64,000 bases of DNA from Salpingoeca rosetta (taxonomy: Eukaryota > Protista > Choanoflagellata), in contig JAWQFM010000004.1 in assembly GCA_033442325.1 (NCBI GenBank), forward strand, positions 882,264-946,263. The letters run 5' to 3'. The translations under genes were made by a program, and so were the position numbers. This document shows, one piece after another, positions 41,064 through 58,670 of this stretch. Below the pieces are notes generated by a model, which saw only the letters and a program-made list of their open reading frames with translations, had not been told where the DNA came from and ran no database searches. Within the stretch, counting starts at the first letter, position 1. Each line of letters opens with the position of its first letter.

Positions 41064-42149
41064 CCTCCCATCCAAGTGGGTGGAGAAGAGAAAGGAAGAG
41101 GGGAAGAGTGCCTCCTTCCTCCTTCCTCGTTCGCGTGTGTGTTCGCAGGACAGGCGCAGCACCACGAGAAGAAGAGAAGACAGGGTTGGTGTGGTTCGTT
41201 TGTTGTTTGTGGCGTTTTGGCTGGTTGTGGTTGTGGACGATTGTTGGGAATCGTGCATTGGATTTCCAGCCACACACAACACAAAAGTTCACTGTTGTGG
41301 GTGTGTGTTTGTTGTGGAAAGGAAGCACGTTGTAACGCATCCATCCATTCATCCATCCCATCCATCCACTCTTCCATCCCTCAGCCTTCCTTCCATCCAG
41401 CCTTGCCTTCATCAGCTCATCACTGGAACAACAAGGACAGAGCACACACGGCACACAATGTCGGTGTCTTGCTGTGTTGTACTCCCACCACAGCTTCATC
41501 ACGCAGTGCAAAAGAAGGGCGTGAATTGAACTCATGTCAAGGAGGCAGGCATCGTGACGAAAGAATACACTGTTCATCCAAAGGTGTGTGCGTGCGTGCG
41601 TGCGAGTGTGAGGTCACTCCATTGCATCACATTGCATTACATTGCTCAGCCTTATCTGCGCAACACGCGCAAACGCATACGCACACGTACTTCACACATT
41701 GTTCCAACGACACGTGCTCACGCCCATCTGCCCATCTTCCATTGTGCTGGAGCACCCTGCCTCCTCTCGTGTCTGACATGGTGTCGCTCTCGTCCTCCCG
41801 CCACCACCTTCGACCCGCTGCCTCGTGCCTCTGTGAACATAGTGTACACACAGCCAAGGACGCGCATACGTGCGCCTGATGCACGCACGTGATGCAGCGG
41901 TTCCCCTCTGTCCAAGACACTCCCCAGCCACTGCTGCCGGTACAATGAGGAGTGTGTCCTTCCTCCCTCCGTCTGGTTGGCACCAGCGTGCATGCGTGCA
42001 GCGCCAAATCCTCCCCACCAACATGGCGCGCTCCTCGCCAGGACAACTGCAAGCATGCGCGATGTTGAGAATGGCCAGCTGCCAGACCGTGGATGGACGA
42101 GCAGAAGAACAACGTGAACCTGCTGCTGCTGCATGTGGCCACTTGGCTC

Positions 42150-45850
<3,701 letters not shown>

Positions 45851-45899
45851 CAGGTGGTGGACACAGCAACGCGTGCGCTGCCGTTGCCTCCTTGAACGA

Positions 45900-47970
45900 C
45901 TCCGCTGACGTTTGTGGCTTCGCGGCTTTGCGGAAGCAGCCATCGACTGGTCGTGGCGAGTGGCCACCTGTCCAGTGACGCCGACAACGGAGTGCACGCG
46001 ATCCGCCAAATCACCAGCGTCCACGTCTCGGAGATCCAATCCATCGCAGCAGCCGCCACTTCGTCACCTTCTCCTGTGCTCCTGTGGCATCATTTTGGCG
46101 AGGGCGATGGCTTCATCGGCACCATCAGCATGTCTGCGAGCGGGGAGCAGCTCCTGCTTTTGCCGGAGGCCTGTGTTTTGGCAGCGTACATCCTGACCTC
46201 CTCCTCCTCCTCCTCCTCGTCGTCGCTCGTGTCCCTGATCCACACACCTCTTGCAGCAGTGTGTTCCTGGTCGCTGGCGAATACGGTGGCGCAAAGTGCT
46301 TGAGATCTGGACAAGCCCTTGTCGTGTGGCCGCTCGGCCGCCCTCCGTTTGGTGGCCAGCACGATCGATTAGCGGCAACAGCGGGGGTGTGCACCAGCTC
46401 GGATGGCGAGCGCGTCCCGACCACGCACATCCTGGAGCAGTGGAACATGACATGTGTTGTTATTGTGCTGTGGAGCATGCGAGGCTGGCAGCCCATCACG
46501 CAGCACCACGCCGGCCAGTGCAAGCTTCGAGTCAGCCACTTGGACACGCGACGCCAAGCACGTGCTCCTGTATGGCCGAGCTTCGCGGTGCCGGCTGCGT
46601 ATTGTGTACTCACAAGCTTCAACATGGGCAACACCATAACGGCCGTCACAATCCGCCCTGTTGGCCATCTAGGTTGACCCAAGGCACGATGCCTGGCGCC
46701 GTTGCCCTTGTTACCCACCACGCCGAGGCTGTGCCCTGAGCTGCCAATCACCTCCCGTCGAATTGACGTGGGCAGCGTTGCTGAGCTGCAGCGAGCCCTG
46801 TGCATGTTCCCTGCCACCGTGAGCACTGCCGTGGAGGATGCCGAGACAGACACGCCGCTGTCTCTGTTGTCGTTTGCGGCCAGCAATGCCAGCCACGCGC
46901 CCGCACTCCGCGCTCTGTGCCTTAGCTCTACTGCAACACAGAGCAGTGCGTCGTGGACAAGGTGTGTGAGGCCGCCATAACCTTCTTCAACCTCGGAGGG
47001 TAACAAGCCCTGATAGCGAAGCCCTGGTCACTGCGCGTCGTCCCTGACGCACACACTCGTAGCAGACATCATTCTGCTGGTGTGCACGTTTACAAGTGGG
47101 CTTGCGCTTGCAGCGTCCACCGCCGACAAGCAGTACAACCACCAGCAGCGGGCATGATTGTCTCACTGGGCCAGACAGGACATTCATCAGCGAGATGCGC
47201 AGCCGTGCGTTTTGGCACAACCTGCTGAAGTCATCTGGTGAGCTGGCCAAGCTTGAGGACGCTGGGGCGCGCGTGGTGCCACTGGCGCGTGCAGGTGGTT
47301 TTGTGAATGACGGTTTTCAGTCGACGGACGAAGCGGAACTGTTTGGCAGCTTCATTGTACGCGTCAGCACTGGCGTGGTACATGCTCACCGTCGTCCTCA
47401 TCAGTGGCAACGACGTGGCACAGCTGCTGCTGGGTGCAGCCGACGACAACAAGTCGGTGGTGATCATGCTGGTGCTGGGTGTGCTGGCTGGTTGTGGACA
47501 TGGTGCAGGAGGTACGGCAGTCGCCGCTGGTTGGAAGTGATGGATGTGGTGTTGGTGTTTGTGGTGCGTGGCACGTGCTCTTCCCAGCACGCACCCTTCC
47601 CAGCACACACCCTTCCCAGCACGCACTCTTTCCCAGCACGCACACACGTTCCTTCCACTGCTGTACCACCTGCAGCCGTTCCAGCCAGGGCATGATCCTG
47701 GCCCATCTGCTTCGACATGCGCTACTTCCTGCTCTGCTCGTCCTCGGCATCAGCAATTTGGCTGGGTGGACGTCGTTCCGGCTGCTGCTCAACGACAACA
47801 CACTGTCGGCCAACGGCCTTGCTGCTCGTGTTCAACAACATGCTGCTGGCGGACTTTGACCTGTGGATCCCTTTGACGGCGACTACAGTGGCGGTGCTGG
47901 CTGCTGCGCATCCTGTGTGTCATCTCCATGGTGCTGCTGAACCTGCTGATTGCGCTCATGTCGGATTGCG
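45900..47970 (+). pseudogene. Degenerate TRP-like cation channel fragment (TM region ~47300-47970; upstream part possibly WD40/ankyrin-like)
   Basis: S6-like ISMVLLNLLIALMSD at ~47922-47966, LYHLQPF and pore-like LLVFNNMLLADFD; many frameshifts. Confidence 0.55.
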
Positions 47971-48311
47971 CAGATGTTGAGTTCCAGCTGCTGCGTGACT
48001 GATGCAGGAGGAGAGGAGGACAGATGTGCGACGCTTTTTTCAAGCGGTGGCTGCAGCGTGCAGTGGCAGGGTGTGCTGCATGCGCTGAAGAAGGAGATGC
48101 AGCGCAGCACGTGCAGAACACCGTTGCCGACCATCACAGAATGAGATGTGACGTGACATGTCTTGAATTTGATGGGTTGTGATGGTTTGTCTTTGCGTTG
48201 GTGTTGGTTTATTGCTTGCACTTTGCGTCGTTCCAAACCCCGCAATACATGCATGCTGAAGACACGTTCACTCATGCGTACACAAGAAGAGGAAGCGAGT
48301 GCACACACACT

Positions 48312-48371
<60 letters not shown>

Positions 48372-48379
48372 CACAACTC

Positions 48380-48968
48380 ACCCTCACTGTCTTCAAACCG
48401 CAACCGCTTCCCTTCCGCCATCAAGTTGCTGATGGTGGCGAGGATTGGTCCCCGATACCCACTCCCCTTCTCCTGCTCGATCAGATCAGGTTGTCGCTGC
48501 GTCCCCACCTCCCACATCAGCACGCCAAAGCTAAACACGTCTGCCTCGAAGCTGTACTTGTCGCCCGTCAGTGCCTCTGGTGCCATGTACAGTGGCGTGC
48601 CCACACCAGCCGTCAGTGTCATGCTGGTCATCGTCTGCAGCCCAGCCTGCTGGCTGTACTGAGGGTAATCATCATGGCTTGAGGACAGGCGTATCCTTTG
48701 CTGCTGATTTCTGTCACGTGTGAAGCACTGGCGAATGGACCCAAAGTCCGTAATCTTGGCGCGAAGGGAAGCAGACACCAGCACGTTGCCGCTCTTCAGG
48801 TCTCTGTTTGGGTGTAGTTGGGGTGAGGGTAGGATGGTGCGGTGGGCAAGAGTACGTACCCGCATGCAAGCATGTATACGCAGCTTCAAGCACTCACACA
48901 CACTCACACGTTCACAAACATACACAAACATAAACACGCACACACACACACGCACACACACACACACA

Positions 48969-49023
<55 letters not shown>

Positions 49024-52000
49024 TCACACACGCACACACACATACTCACACATACTCACACACGCACACACACATACTCACACACACACACACACATACT
49101 CACCGGTGCATCTGGTCGAGGCTGTGGATAAAGGCCATCCCACTGGCAACATCGCGCAGTAGTCGCAGCTTCAGACCCCACACAGTCATCAAACCAGGCC
49201 TTCTGTCGCGTCCTGTGCTCACCAACGTCAATTCCTCACCCACGATCTCTGATGCTGTCACACCCTGCCCCAGACTTTCTTCACCACTTTGCTTCCGTTG
49301 CTCCACCTCCGTTAACGCTTGCTCCACGTCCTTCCCCAACAAATCTTTAAGGGACCCCATCGCCACAAACTCCAGCACCAGGAACGGGCTGCCGTTGGGA
49401 TCTGTCCCCGCACCAAAGAACCGCACCACATTCGGGTGCCGTGTCCGCTGCAGGAACTCCACCTCCTTCTCAAATTCCAACACCGTGCTCTCACCAAATG
49501 CCATGACGGCTTGCTGCAGCACCTTGACGGCCACCGTCACTGTGTCCCACTCTGCCTTGAACACCACGCCAAATGCGCCCGCAGTAACTCGCTTCATCAT
49601 TTTCAGCTCATCATACCCAATCTCCCACGCCTTCTTCAGCGCCATCACCTCCTCGTCCATCTCTACCAGCAATTGGTCCTTGAGCGCGTTGTCTGCTTGT
49701 AAACGCCTTTGCCTCTTGTACGTGCGGTACCCGATGAACAGCAACGCTTGCAGTGCAAGCACGCCAGCGAGCGTCCCCAGCACAGCCGGCACAATGTCGA
49801 GCTCAATTGGTTCGCACCGCTCGCGTCGCATCTCATGCCCTTGTGAGCACTGGCAATGAAAGGAGTACACAATCTCAGTGACTGAACCAACTAGCCCAGG
49901 GATCGTGTTATCGAAAAGATCAAAGTCTCCGCTCGAGAGTTGAAGCGCGCAATCGATGGGAGCGTCTTGCAGTTGCAGCACTGGCGCTCGAGGCCTGCGA
50001 GGAAAAACTCGTCCGTTGCGGCGGAGATTTGATTCGGATAGGGCGATCTCGTGTCCCACGATTCGGTTGACTTCGACGGGGTCATTCAGCCACTTGTTCC
50101 CCGAGAGATCAACCACATCAAGGAGAAACAGGCATGTGGAAATGGTAGCCGGAGCAGACGCCGAGTTGAAGTTGCTCTCGGCCCTCAGGTTCCGCGCAAA
50201 GAAAACACGGCGGCCCCACCGCGTGCACAAGGCAGTGCTGGGCTGAATGCGTGTGTTGCTGATGTCCAACACATCGATGAACGGCGCGTCAATCTGAGTT
50301 AACTGCGTGCAATCGGACGCGTTCAGCTCTCTCAGCGCACTGGGGACGATGACCAGCTTGAGGTGCTCGTTGCGTTGGATCTGAACAGTTTGGAAGGTTT
50401 TGTTCGCACAGAGATGCAACCTCGTGTGCCGTGTGTTGACGAGGCGAAACACGTCCACCTCGTCTGCCAGTACATTGCATACCATTTCCAATGGCAAAGT
50501 GCGGTTGTCGGCGCCTGGCCATCCCAGTCCAATCACTCGAAGCTGAAGTGGCAGTTGCAGCAGGTGGCCAAGCACCTCACTCACGTCCACGTGTTGCAAG
50601 CTGAGGGTGCGCAGGTGTGGAGAAGGTGTCAAGTTGGTGGCGTCCAACACTGCTCTGCTGGTTCTGTCGTCATCATGCGCTGCGTCCAGCTCGACAGTTG
50701 TCAGATTTGGAAGAGTCAGAAGCGGTGTAAGATCGATCCTTTTGACACCGTGGTTCTGCATGCGCAGCACACGAAGAGCAGGCGCTTTCGTCATGTCTGG
50801 CATGTATTGCATGGGATTGTCGCCCAGGACGAGGGTGTGCAGGGAAGGCCATGGGTTGGGAATGAGAAACTGGGTCAGTTCGTTCGCCGCCATGTCAATG
50901 CGCTCGAGGCGTGGAAACTCTGTGTCAAACAGCCCGTCGACGTGCCGAAGGCGATTGTTGTTGAAGCTTATCGTCCGCACGTTGGGCGTGTGTACAAAGA
51001 GGTCGGGCGGTAGCACACTTGAGACGGTTATTGTCACATTCAAGCTGGTCGAGGCGAGTGCATGAATCAAGCAATCCACCGGGCAATGCTGTCAATTGGT
51101 TGTCTCTCAGGCTCAAGTCGCTCAGGGAGATTGAATCTCGAAACAGAGTTGGCTGCAGTGATGTCAAGCGGTTGTTGTTTAAGGACAGGTGCCGTAGAGA
51201 AGTTAGCCCAGCAAAGATAGAGCCTGGGAGGGACGTGAGGAGGTTCCCTTCGAGAACGACGTCATTCAATCGGCGGTTTGTCTGAAAGATGGTGGGTGGC
51301 AGGGAGGTCAGGAGGGTGCCACCCACATTCAATGTGTGCAGCTGCGTTAGGCCAGCAAACACGTGTGCGTCTAGCTGCCGAATCGGGTTTGCGCCCAGCT
51401 CCAGCCACGTCAAGTGTTTCAGTGAATGAAACGCGCCAGTGGGAATGTTGATGCTGTTGGAGTGGAGAAAGAGCTCACACAGGGCTGTGAGGTTCTCGAA
51501 TGCATCTGCTTGGATGCGCGGAATTTTGTTGCGGTCCAAATCAAGCTCGACCAGGGATGTCATCCCTGCAAGTTTTGGAACCGATGCAAGGGAGTTGTTT
51601 CGCAAACGAAGCGCAAACAGCTGTGCCGCATGCTCGAACCCCCCTGTGTCAACTGCCTGGAGTAGTGTGCTGTGCTCGATAGTGATGGCATCCAGGATGG
51701 GAAAAACGTTGAGCACGCTCAATTGAAACACTGGGAACTGCACACCAGTGATGCGCACCGTCGTACACATGGTCCAGTTGCCATGGTTCACAATCCACTG
51801 AAGCACCTCTGCTTCAACGTGCCCTTGCAAAGACAAGTGCCTCACTGTCATTGACGCCGCTTGCAAAGTACTCGTGTCAGTTGTGCTGTTCACTGCTTCG
51901 TGGCCAGAAACCGTGAGGTCAAGTACACCACTGGTGCTAGCTCCAGGGCACGAGCCATCAAGGATGCTTTGCAGGGTGCACTGGCCAGCATGCTGTTCGT

Positions 52001-52634
52001 CGCTATCAGCGCGGCGCACGCGTGTGCATGAGGGGTGCGGTTGTGCGCTCTTGAGGAGGGCAGCGGATGCCATGTGTGGTTGAGATGGGCTGCCTTTGAT
52101 GGGTGCTGGTTTCCCTCTTCAACACCGTTGCTGTTGCAGCCAAAGAGAAGGCGTTCATCATGCGTTGGATCGATGACAGGTCAATCGTGGTGGAAGGAGT
52201 GCTTCGTGGACGCAACTGTCCCGTGGCGAACAGCACGCGATGCTCCTTGAGCGTGGTTTCCAGTTGCTTCAATGTTGTGTCCACGGAGGGGGACAGCATG
52301 CGGTCCTTGGCGTTGTGAAACGGACGTGGAGAGGTGAAGAGGTGGTGGTGTGGAGGTGTGAGTCAGTGGCAGCTGCAAGTGCAACCGTGAACAGAGCAAA
52401 AGGCACATCGTGGCAAAGAAGCAAGACGCGAGGACAACAAGAGCATACACACTTACACACTCACTCACACACACACACACACACACTCACTCACACACAC
52501 ACACTCGCTCACTCACGGCATCCTTCAAGCAGCCGCTGCCATGGACACGAGTCATCAAGCAGCCATGATGCCATGGACACGAGTCACCGAGAAGCCTGCC
52601 AACAACAACAACAACAACAGCAGTGGTGGAAACT

Positions 52635-52683
<49 letters not shown>

Positions 52684-52714
52684 CTGGGAGAGGAGGAGGA
52701 GGTGGTTGCGGCAT
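48380..52714 (-). pseudogene. LRR receptor-like kinase (TKL group), frameshifted and lacking the last kinase exon
   Basis: Extracellular LRRs (LxxLxLxxNxL); TM VPAVLGTLAGVLALQALLFIGY; kinase GAFGVV, VAVK, H|RDLKSGNVLV, DFG, GTPLYMAPE and DVFSFG. Frameshifts near 51020 and 52075; no subdomain XI exon after 48380. Confidence 0.8.
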
Positions 52715-52960
52715 GTCACCAAAGGAAGGACAGGGAATGGAAGCAAGGAAGGTGGAAGAAAGAAAAAGCACACAAGAGAATAACAACACAATACACCAGG
52801 GAAGGAAAGGATTCCCAGTTTTGCTGGCTTTGTTTCCTTCTGCGCAAACACTTTCCTTCCTCACTTGGAATTGCCCTGCGATGATTTGCTTTGCAAGAGA
52901 AAGAAAAAACTGGTACTTTTGGCAACACACGCAAGTTGGCCAGACTGCAGAATAGAAAAC

Positions 52961-54666
52961 ATGAAGTGGGGTTTGTTTGTTGTGCTTTGTGCTGTCGCGC
53001 ACGTTGGCTTGGGCTGGTTGTGGATCAACAACAGCACTGTCGCTTCCACACTGCACACCACATCAGTTCCTGCTGCTCCCATCATCATCACCCGCACAGA
53101 CAGCGAACCACGGCGTGATTCCAAATGTGTGCTGCAGCTGCTACCTTCTTCCACCTCATCGTTTACTTCCATACTTCCGAATGATGACAGCCACTGGCAG
53201 TGGCACACTCAAGGACGCATGCTGACAGCAGCAGCAGCAACAACCGTGAAGGCAACTTGCGCAGTGTAGCGACATCTCTTTTCTGCACTCCGTGCAAGGC
53301 CACAGCTCACTTCCCTTTCCTTCATCGTCATCATCATGGACGGCAACCTTTCTTCGCGCTGCACTGGCTTGGCAGTGGATGCAACCACCATGTGAGAACA
53401 GTGCGCAGCGTGTTTTGTTGCCCTTTCTCTTGTCGCCATGCTTTCTCTCAGACATGCGTGCACACAACTGAACTGTGCAGTGCAGCGATCTCACGTTCAC
53501 TGTGCGTGCACCTTCCTGCGACCATTACTCTCAGTGCTCTCTTGCAGCGCGAGTGCTTTTGTAATGACACCACCATCCACAGCCAACTCACTCAGCAGCT
53601 CTCTCGAGCTCATACACGTCGTGCTCGATGCGTGCATGCGTGACGATCTATGCTGCACGCACACGCTGGAACAGAGCAGCATGTGGTGGCTGTTGGCCAA
53701 CACGCACCTTGGTGCTGACGCTGCGGGAGGAGAGCAGCAACTGCAACGTGGCTATCCGAAGCTGGGACTGGACGATTGACGCGCTGTCTGTGCGCCAGGC
53801 AAGAGGAGCCGTCGTCTGTGTGTGGAACGTTGCTGGCCGCGATAGACGGCAACACAGCGCACAATCACCCCTCTTCACCGCGCAGAGGCGATGCGGGCGT
53901 TTGCGGACGTTGCATTGGTGGCATCCTCGCATACGTTGCAGCTGCTTCACGAGGGCATGCACGTGTTTGTGCGCGGGGGACGGATGGCAACGTATTCTTC
54001 GCCGCTTGATTCGCCACATGATACCCCGCATGATTCGCCGCATGATCCGCCATTCTTCCTGCAACAGGCGTTTGTGGACAAGCAGCTGTGGTACGACTGG
54101 CAGGTGACAACGCTTTGCAACAGCAATATGCCAGTATCCAGCATCGATGCTGCGCATGGCGTTTGATTGTGGATCACGATTTGCTGGATCAGAGGAGGTG
54201 CTGGACAGCATGGCATCAACTGTGCGTGTGTGTTGTACGCTGCACCAGGGCAGAGCCCCACCGTGCAATGAGACAGCCTGCGGCGGCACGCCTGAGACGG
54301 GAGAGATACTGCGTGAACACGGCGTGGCTGTGGTGCGGCGTGGTTGTGGGGACGTGCTTGTGAACGAGAACAGCGCACGCAGCCAATGTAATTGCACTGC
54401 ATTCTGTGACGTGCAAGCGTGGCAAAGAGCACACTCATTCACTGGCATACGACTACATGTGCGCGATGTGCACCGCTTGCAGCGTGGTGTGGATGAGCGC
54501 ATCCAGAACAGGACGCATCAGCCGGCCACTGCAGCCGCTGGCAAAATGGTGGAGGAACAGCAACTGCATGCGACGTGGCAATGCACGAACGATGCCGTGT
54601 CTGGGCACACGTACCGCAACGAGTTCACGCGCGGCGGTTGCAATCGATTTTGCTGCAGGATGCATT
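52961..54666 (+). pseudogene. Degenerate secreted tyrosinase (type-3 copper protein)
   Basis: Signal peptide MKWGLFVVLCAVAHVGLG; NCNVAIRSWDWTIDA (cf. PYWDW); CuB-like LHEGMHVFVRGGRM...SPHDPPFFLQQAFVDKQLWYDWQ, with His ligands decayed. Confidence 0.6.
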
Positions 54667-55812
54667 GACCTTGTGCTTTGATGCTGGACGGTACATGCAA
54701 GCGAACTGACTGCAAAGTGCCGAAGACACGACGCTCATTGTGTATTGTATGACACGCCAACCAGTGGTTTCTGGGATTCGTTGTGTGCGAGGACGCGACA
54801 ATGCCGTGGCAACACGTCGAAGTGTTTCGGTGGCAATGACATACATGTGAAAGAGGGGCTGGAAACACCTGTATGTTTGCACATGCAAGGATTGTCCATG
54901 CATGGAGCACACCTTCATGTGTTTGTGCGCGCGTTTGAGTTTGTTCATTGAAGGTAAACATTCCACTGGTAGNNNNNNNNNNNNNNNNNNNNNNNNNNNN
55001 NNNNNNNNNNNNNNNNNNNNNNNNNNNNNNNNNNNNNNNNNNNNNNNNNNNNNNNNNNNNNNNNNNNNNNNNACAGCGTGGCATCAACTGTGCGTGTGTG
55101 TTGTACGCTGCACCAGGGCAGAGCCCCGCCATGCAACGAGACGACCTGCGGCGGCACGCCTGGGACGGGAGGGATACTGCGTGAACACGGCGTGGCTGTG
55201 GTGCGGTGTGGTTGTGAGGACGTGCCTGTGAACGAGAACAACGCATGCAGCCACTGCAATTGCACTGCATTGTGTGACGTGCAAGCGTGGCAACGAGCAC
55301 ACTCATTCACACACGTGCGTGATGTGCACCGCGTGCAGCGTGATGTGGATGAGCGCATCCAGAACAGGACGCATCAACCGGCCACTGCAGCCGCTGGCAA
55401 AATGGTGGAGGAACAGCAACTGCATGCGGCGTGGCAATGCACGAACGATGCCGCGTCAGGACAGACGAACCGCAACGAGTACGTGCGTGGTTGCAGTCGG
55501 TTTTGCTGCGGGATACATGAGCCTGTGCTTTGATGCTGGAGAGTACATGCAAGCGAACTGACTGCAAGTGCTGAAGACACGACGCTCATTGTGTATGACA
55601 CGCCAACCAGTGCTCTCCAGGATCCGTTGCGTGCGAGGACGCGACGATGCTGTGGCAACACGTCGAAGTGTTTCGGTGGCAATGACATACATGTGAAGGT
55701 GTGCGCCTTTGCACATGTGCAAACGAGGACTGTCCATGCATGGAGCGCACCTTTATGTGCTTTGTGCGTGTGTTTGAGTTTGTTCATTGAGGGTAAACAT
55801 TCCACTGGTAGC
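54204..55812 (+). repeat. Diverged tandem duplication of the tyrosinase 3' region (54204-54972 vs 55073-55812), separated by a gap
   Basis: MASTVRVCCTLHQGRAPPCNET...QNRTHQPATAAAGKMVEEQQLH occurs twice. Confidence 0.8.
54973..55072. other. Assembly gap (100 N)
   Basis: N run. Confidence 1.
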
Positions 55813-55892
55813 CACACTATGTGAACGTGACCAACAGACACACAGACACCATAAGGGTGGGAGTGACATGCGCAGCGATCGATCGAAACGCA

Positions 55893-55992
55893 NNNNNNNN
55901 NNNNNNNNNNNNNNNNNNNNNNNNNNNNNNNNNNNNNNNNNNNNNNNNNNNNNNNNNNNNNNNNNNNNNNNNNNNNNNNNNNNNNNNNNNNN
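55893..55992. other. Assembly gap (100 N)
   Basis: N run. Confidence 1.
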
Positions 55993-56072
55993 CAACACAC
56001 GGTCACAGCCCAAGCAACAGCAACACACCATGAGAGTTCAAACAGGTTCATGAAAAGGAAACACAACTGATT

Positions 56073-56180
<108 letters not shown>

Positions 56181-56209
56181 ACACACACACTCGCCCCTCT
56201 TCGTCAGTT

Positions 56210-57450
56210 TTAGCATCCTGGATCCACCACGAGGCACGTGCCAACGCGGTATGGGATGCCGTAAATCAGACCGTTGTCTGCAAGCACACCTCCGTACCAT
56301 CTCGCGTCCCCACCGGGGATTCCGCTGATGCTTTGCTGTGTGGCTCGGTTGGTGATGGGATCGATGATCAGCGCCTTGTAATAGTCGCGAGAGATGCCAA
56401 CAACAAACCCGTTCTTCGCTGTCACGGCTCCATGCCATTTCTGGTAACCCGAAATGCCGCTGATGGTGGTTGTGTCAATCGTCTTTGTGTTGGGGTTGAT
56501 GATGAGAACAGAGCGCGAGTCGTAAGGAATGCCATAGATGAACCCATTGCCGCCCAAGGCGGCACCATGCCACTTGCGCCCACCAGAAATGCCTGTGATG
56601 GTGGTTGTGTCTGCAGTTCGTAGCTTCGGGTCAATGATGAGCACAGACTTTGAGCTGTAGGGAACAGAAAAGATGAGCCCGTTGCCAGCCTGAGCAGCGC
56701 CTTCCCACGTGCCACCACTTATTCCAGCGATGCTCGTTGTGTCAACAGTGTTGGTGTTTGGATCAATGATCAGCACAGCAGGACCACTTCTCGGAATGCC
56801 GTAGATGAGGTTGTCGTCCAAGCGCAGTGCAGAATTGTAGGACCCGCCGACACCGACGTCTGGGATTGTTGTCACGTCGGCGGTGTTGGTCGCTGGATCA
56901 ATAATGAGCACAGAGCGCTCATGCCGGGGCAAGAAGTAAATGAGGCCAGTGTGGGCAAGCGCCCCTCCGTACCACTTTGACATCCCCGCCGGAGGGATGA
57001 AAGGCCAGTAATTGAGGTTCTGTCAGCAGTGTTGGAGTTTGGGTCGATGATGAGGATCGCCGTGACAGCGGCAGGGATGGCGTAAATGAGGCCATTCGGG
57101 GCCAAGACGCCCCCATTCCATTTGTAGTCTCCAGAACCAGCGGAAATGGTGCTCCTTGCAGACGCTGGGCAGGACGCGGAACGGAAGACGTTTAAGGTGT
57201 TGCCCAGTGTTTGAATCGCCATGTTTTGGGCTCCAAGCATGTCCTGCTGAACTTCAATGAGCTTCTGTTGCTCCTGCAGCCTGGTGTACATCTGTTGCAC
57301 ATCCATTCCGTTCACAAACACTGGCTGCTGGTCAGGATCGCTCGTGTTGATGTGAAACGCTCCCGTGCCGTCCTCCTCCAGCACCACGTTCCCTGGGCAC
57401 ACGCGACACAGCGCTCCCACCACAAAGACCGCCAGCAGACCTCGTATCAT
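56210..57450 (-). pseudogene. Secreted 7-repeat beta-propeller protein, copy 3 (more diverged; one frameshift near 56985-57000)
   Basis: MIRGLLAVFVVGALC; VLEEDGTGAFHINTS; repeat 1 is in one frame and repeats 2-7 in another; ends VVDPGC*. Confidence 0.75.
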
Positions 57451-58670
57451 GACTGATGGTGGGAGAGTGATGGGTGGTGTTTTGGTGAAAACGGACGATT
57501 GGCGATGTGCTCACCTGGATCTTCACTCTGTTGTCCGGATGTTGTGGGTGCTCCACACAAGAGCACGCAGAGCACGCAGACGCTGCATGACATAGAGCTG
57601 AGAGAGCTGAGAGAGCTCGCTCCTCATGCCACTTCCAATCCGCACAACTGGCATCCGGACCAAGTTTGCCGTCAAATCGAAGCACGGAGATGTGTTGTGA
57701 TGTGAGAGCAGGAGAGCACGAAGCCCTCCGCGCACAAAACAAGCGTCAATTCGTTCATCGCAAAAGATGGCGTCAATGAAGTTGGCAAGGTGGAGGAGGG
57801 GCGTTCCACAACGCCCGAAACACGGCCTGGCGAGCGAGCCAACGAGAAGGTCAACGCTGCTGCTCAAGGAGCCACCAATGGACGGCAGGGGCGTGAGGTT
57901 GGTGTTGGTTGCTGAGATTGGCAGCTTGCTTAGTTGCTTGCAGCTGCGCAGGTTCTGAAACTCTCCTTGAACCGTGACCCGGCGCTGAGAGGCATCTGCT
58001 AGTCTGCTAGTCTGCTGGTGCTTGCTGTCGGTGCCTCGAACTGCTTTGCTTGTAGCCAATCTTGTTGCCCCTGCGTTGCATCCACGCAAGGCGTGACAGA
58101 CAGACCCCCCAGCCCAAGAGCTCAGGCAAGACTTGCTGACTTGAACTTGGCATGTTTTTGTTTGCTATGCCAGTGCTACAGTGCAGCAGCAGCAACAGGG
58201 TGCCACCGTCGCTGTCCCTTGTCGCTGTGGAAGCGCCACACGCCACGGCCGAGTGCACCTCACCGCACCCCTGTACAGCCTGTACTCCTCCTCGTGGGCC
58301 ACCCCACGTGCCAGTGATAGTGCGGATAGTCGCCGCACTCTTCATCATCCAGCGTCCAGGCTTAACGTCGCGAAAAAAGAGAACTAACGCCGCTACACGC
58401 GGTCAAAACGCACAAAACACTCGTGAAGAATTATTCATGTCATCATCTCATTGCGTTCTTATTTGCATGTTGTTGTTGTGCGTTGTTGTTGTTGTCTGAC
58501 GTGAGTGCAGTTCTCTTCTCCTCGCTTCTTCTTGCAGTGCCAGTTGACGATAGCGCCAATCTTCCTTCCCCCAAACCACAATCCCCACCAACCCCCCCCC
58601 CAACCAAGACCAGTCAACCTATCATCGACGCTTAACACCACCTCCCCCTCCAGCCCCTCTCCAGCAGATC

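Noticed and set aside
54204-55812. Tyrosinase 3' duplication as a pure assembly artefact, or as a transposon LTR pair
   Set aside because: The copies differ by many substitutions and indels, so they are not a simple overlap, and no LTR termini or internal TE ORF were seen. Left as an ordinary tandem duplication.
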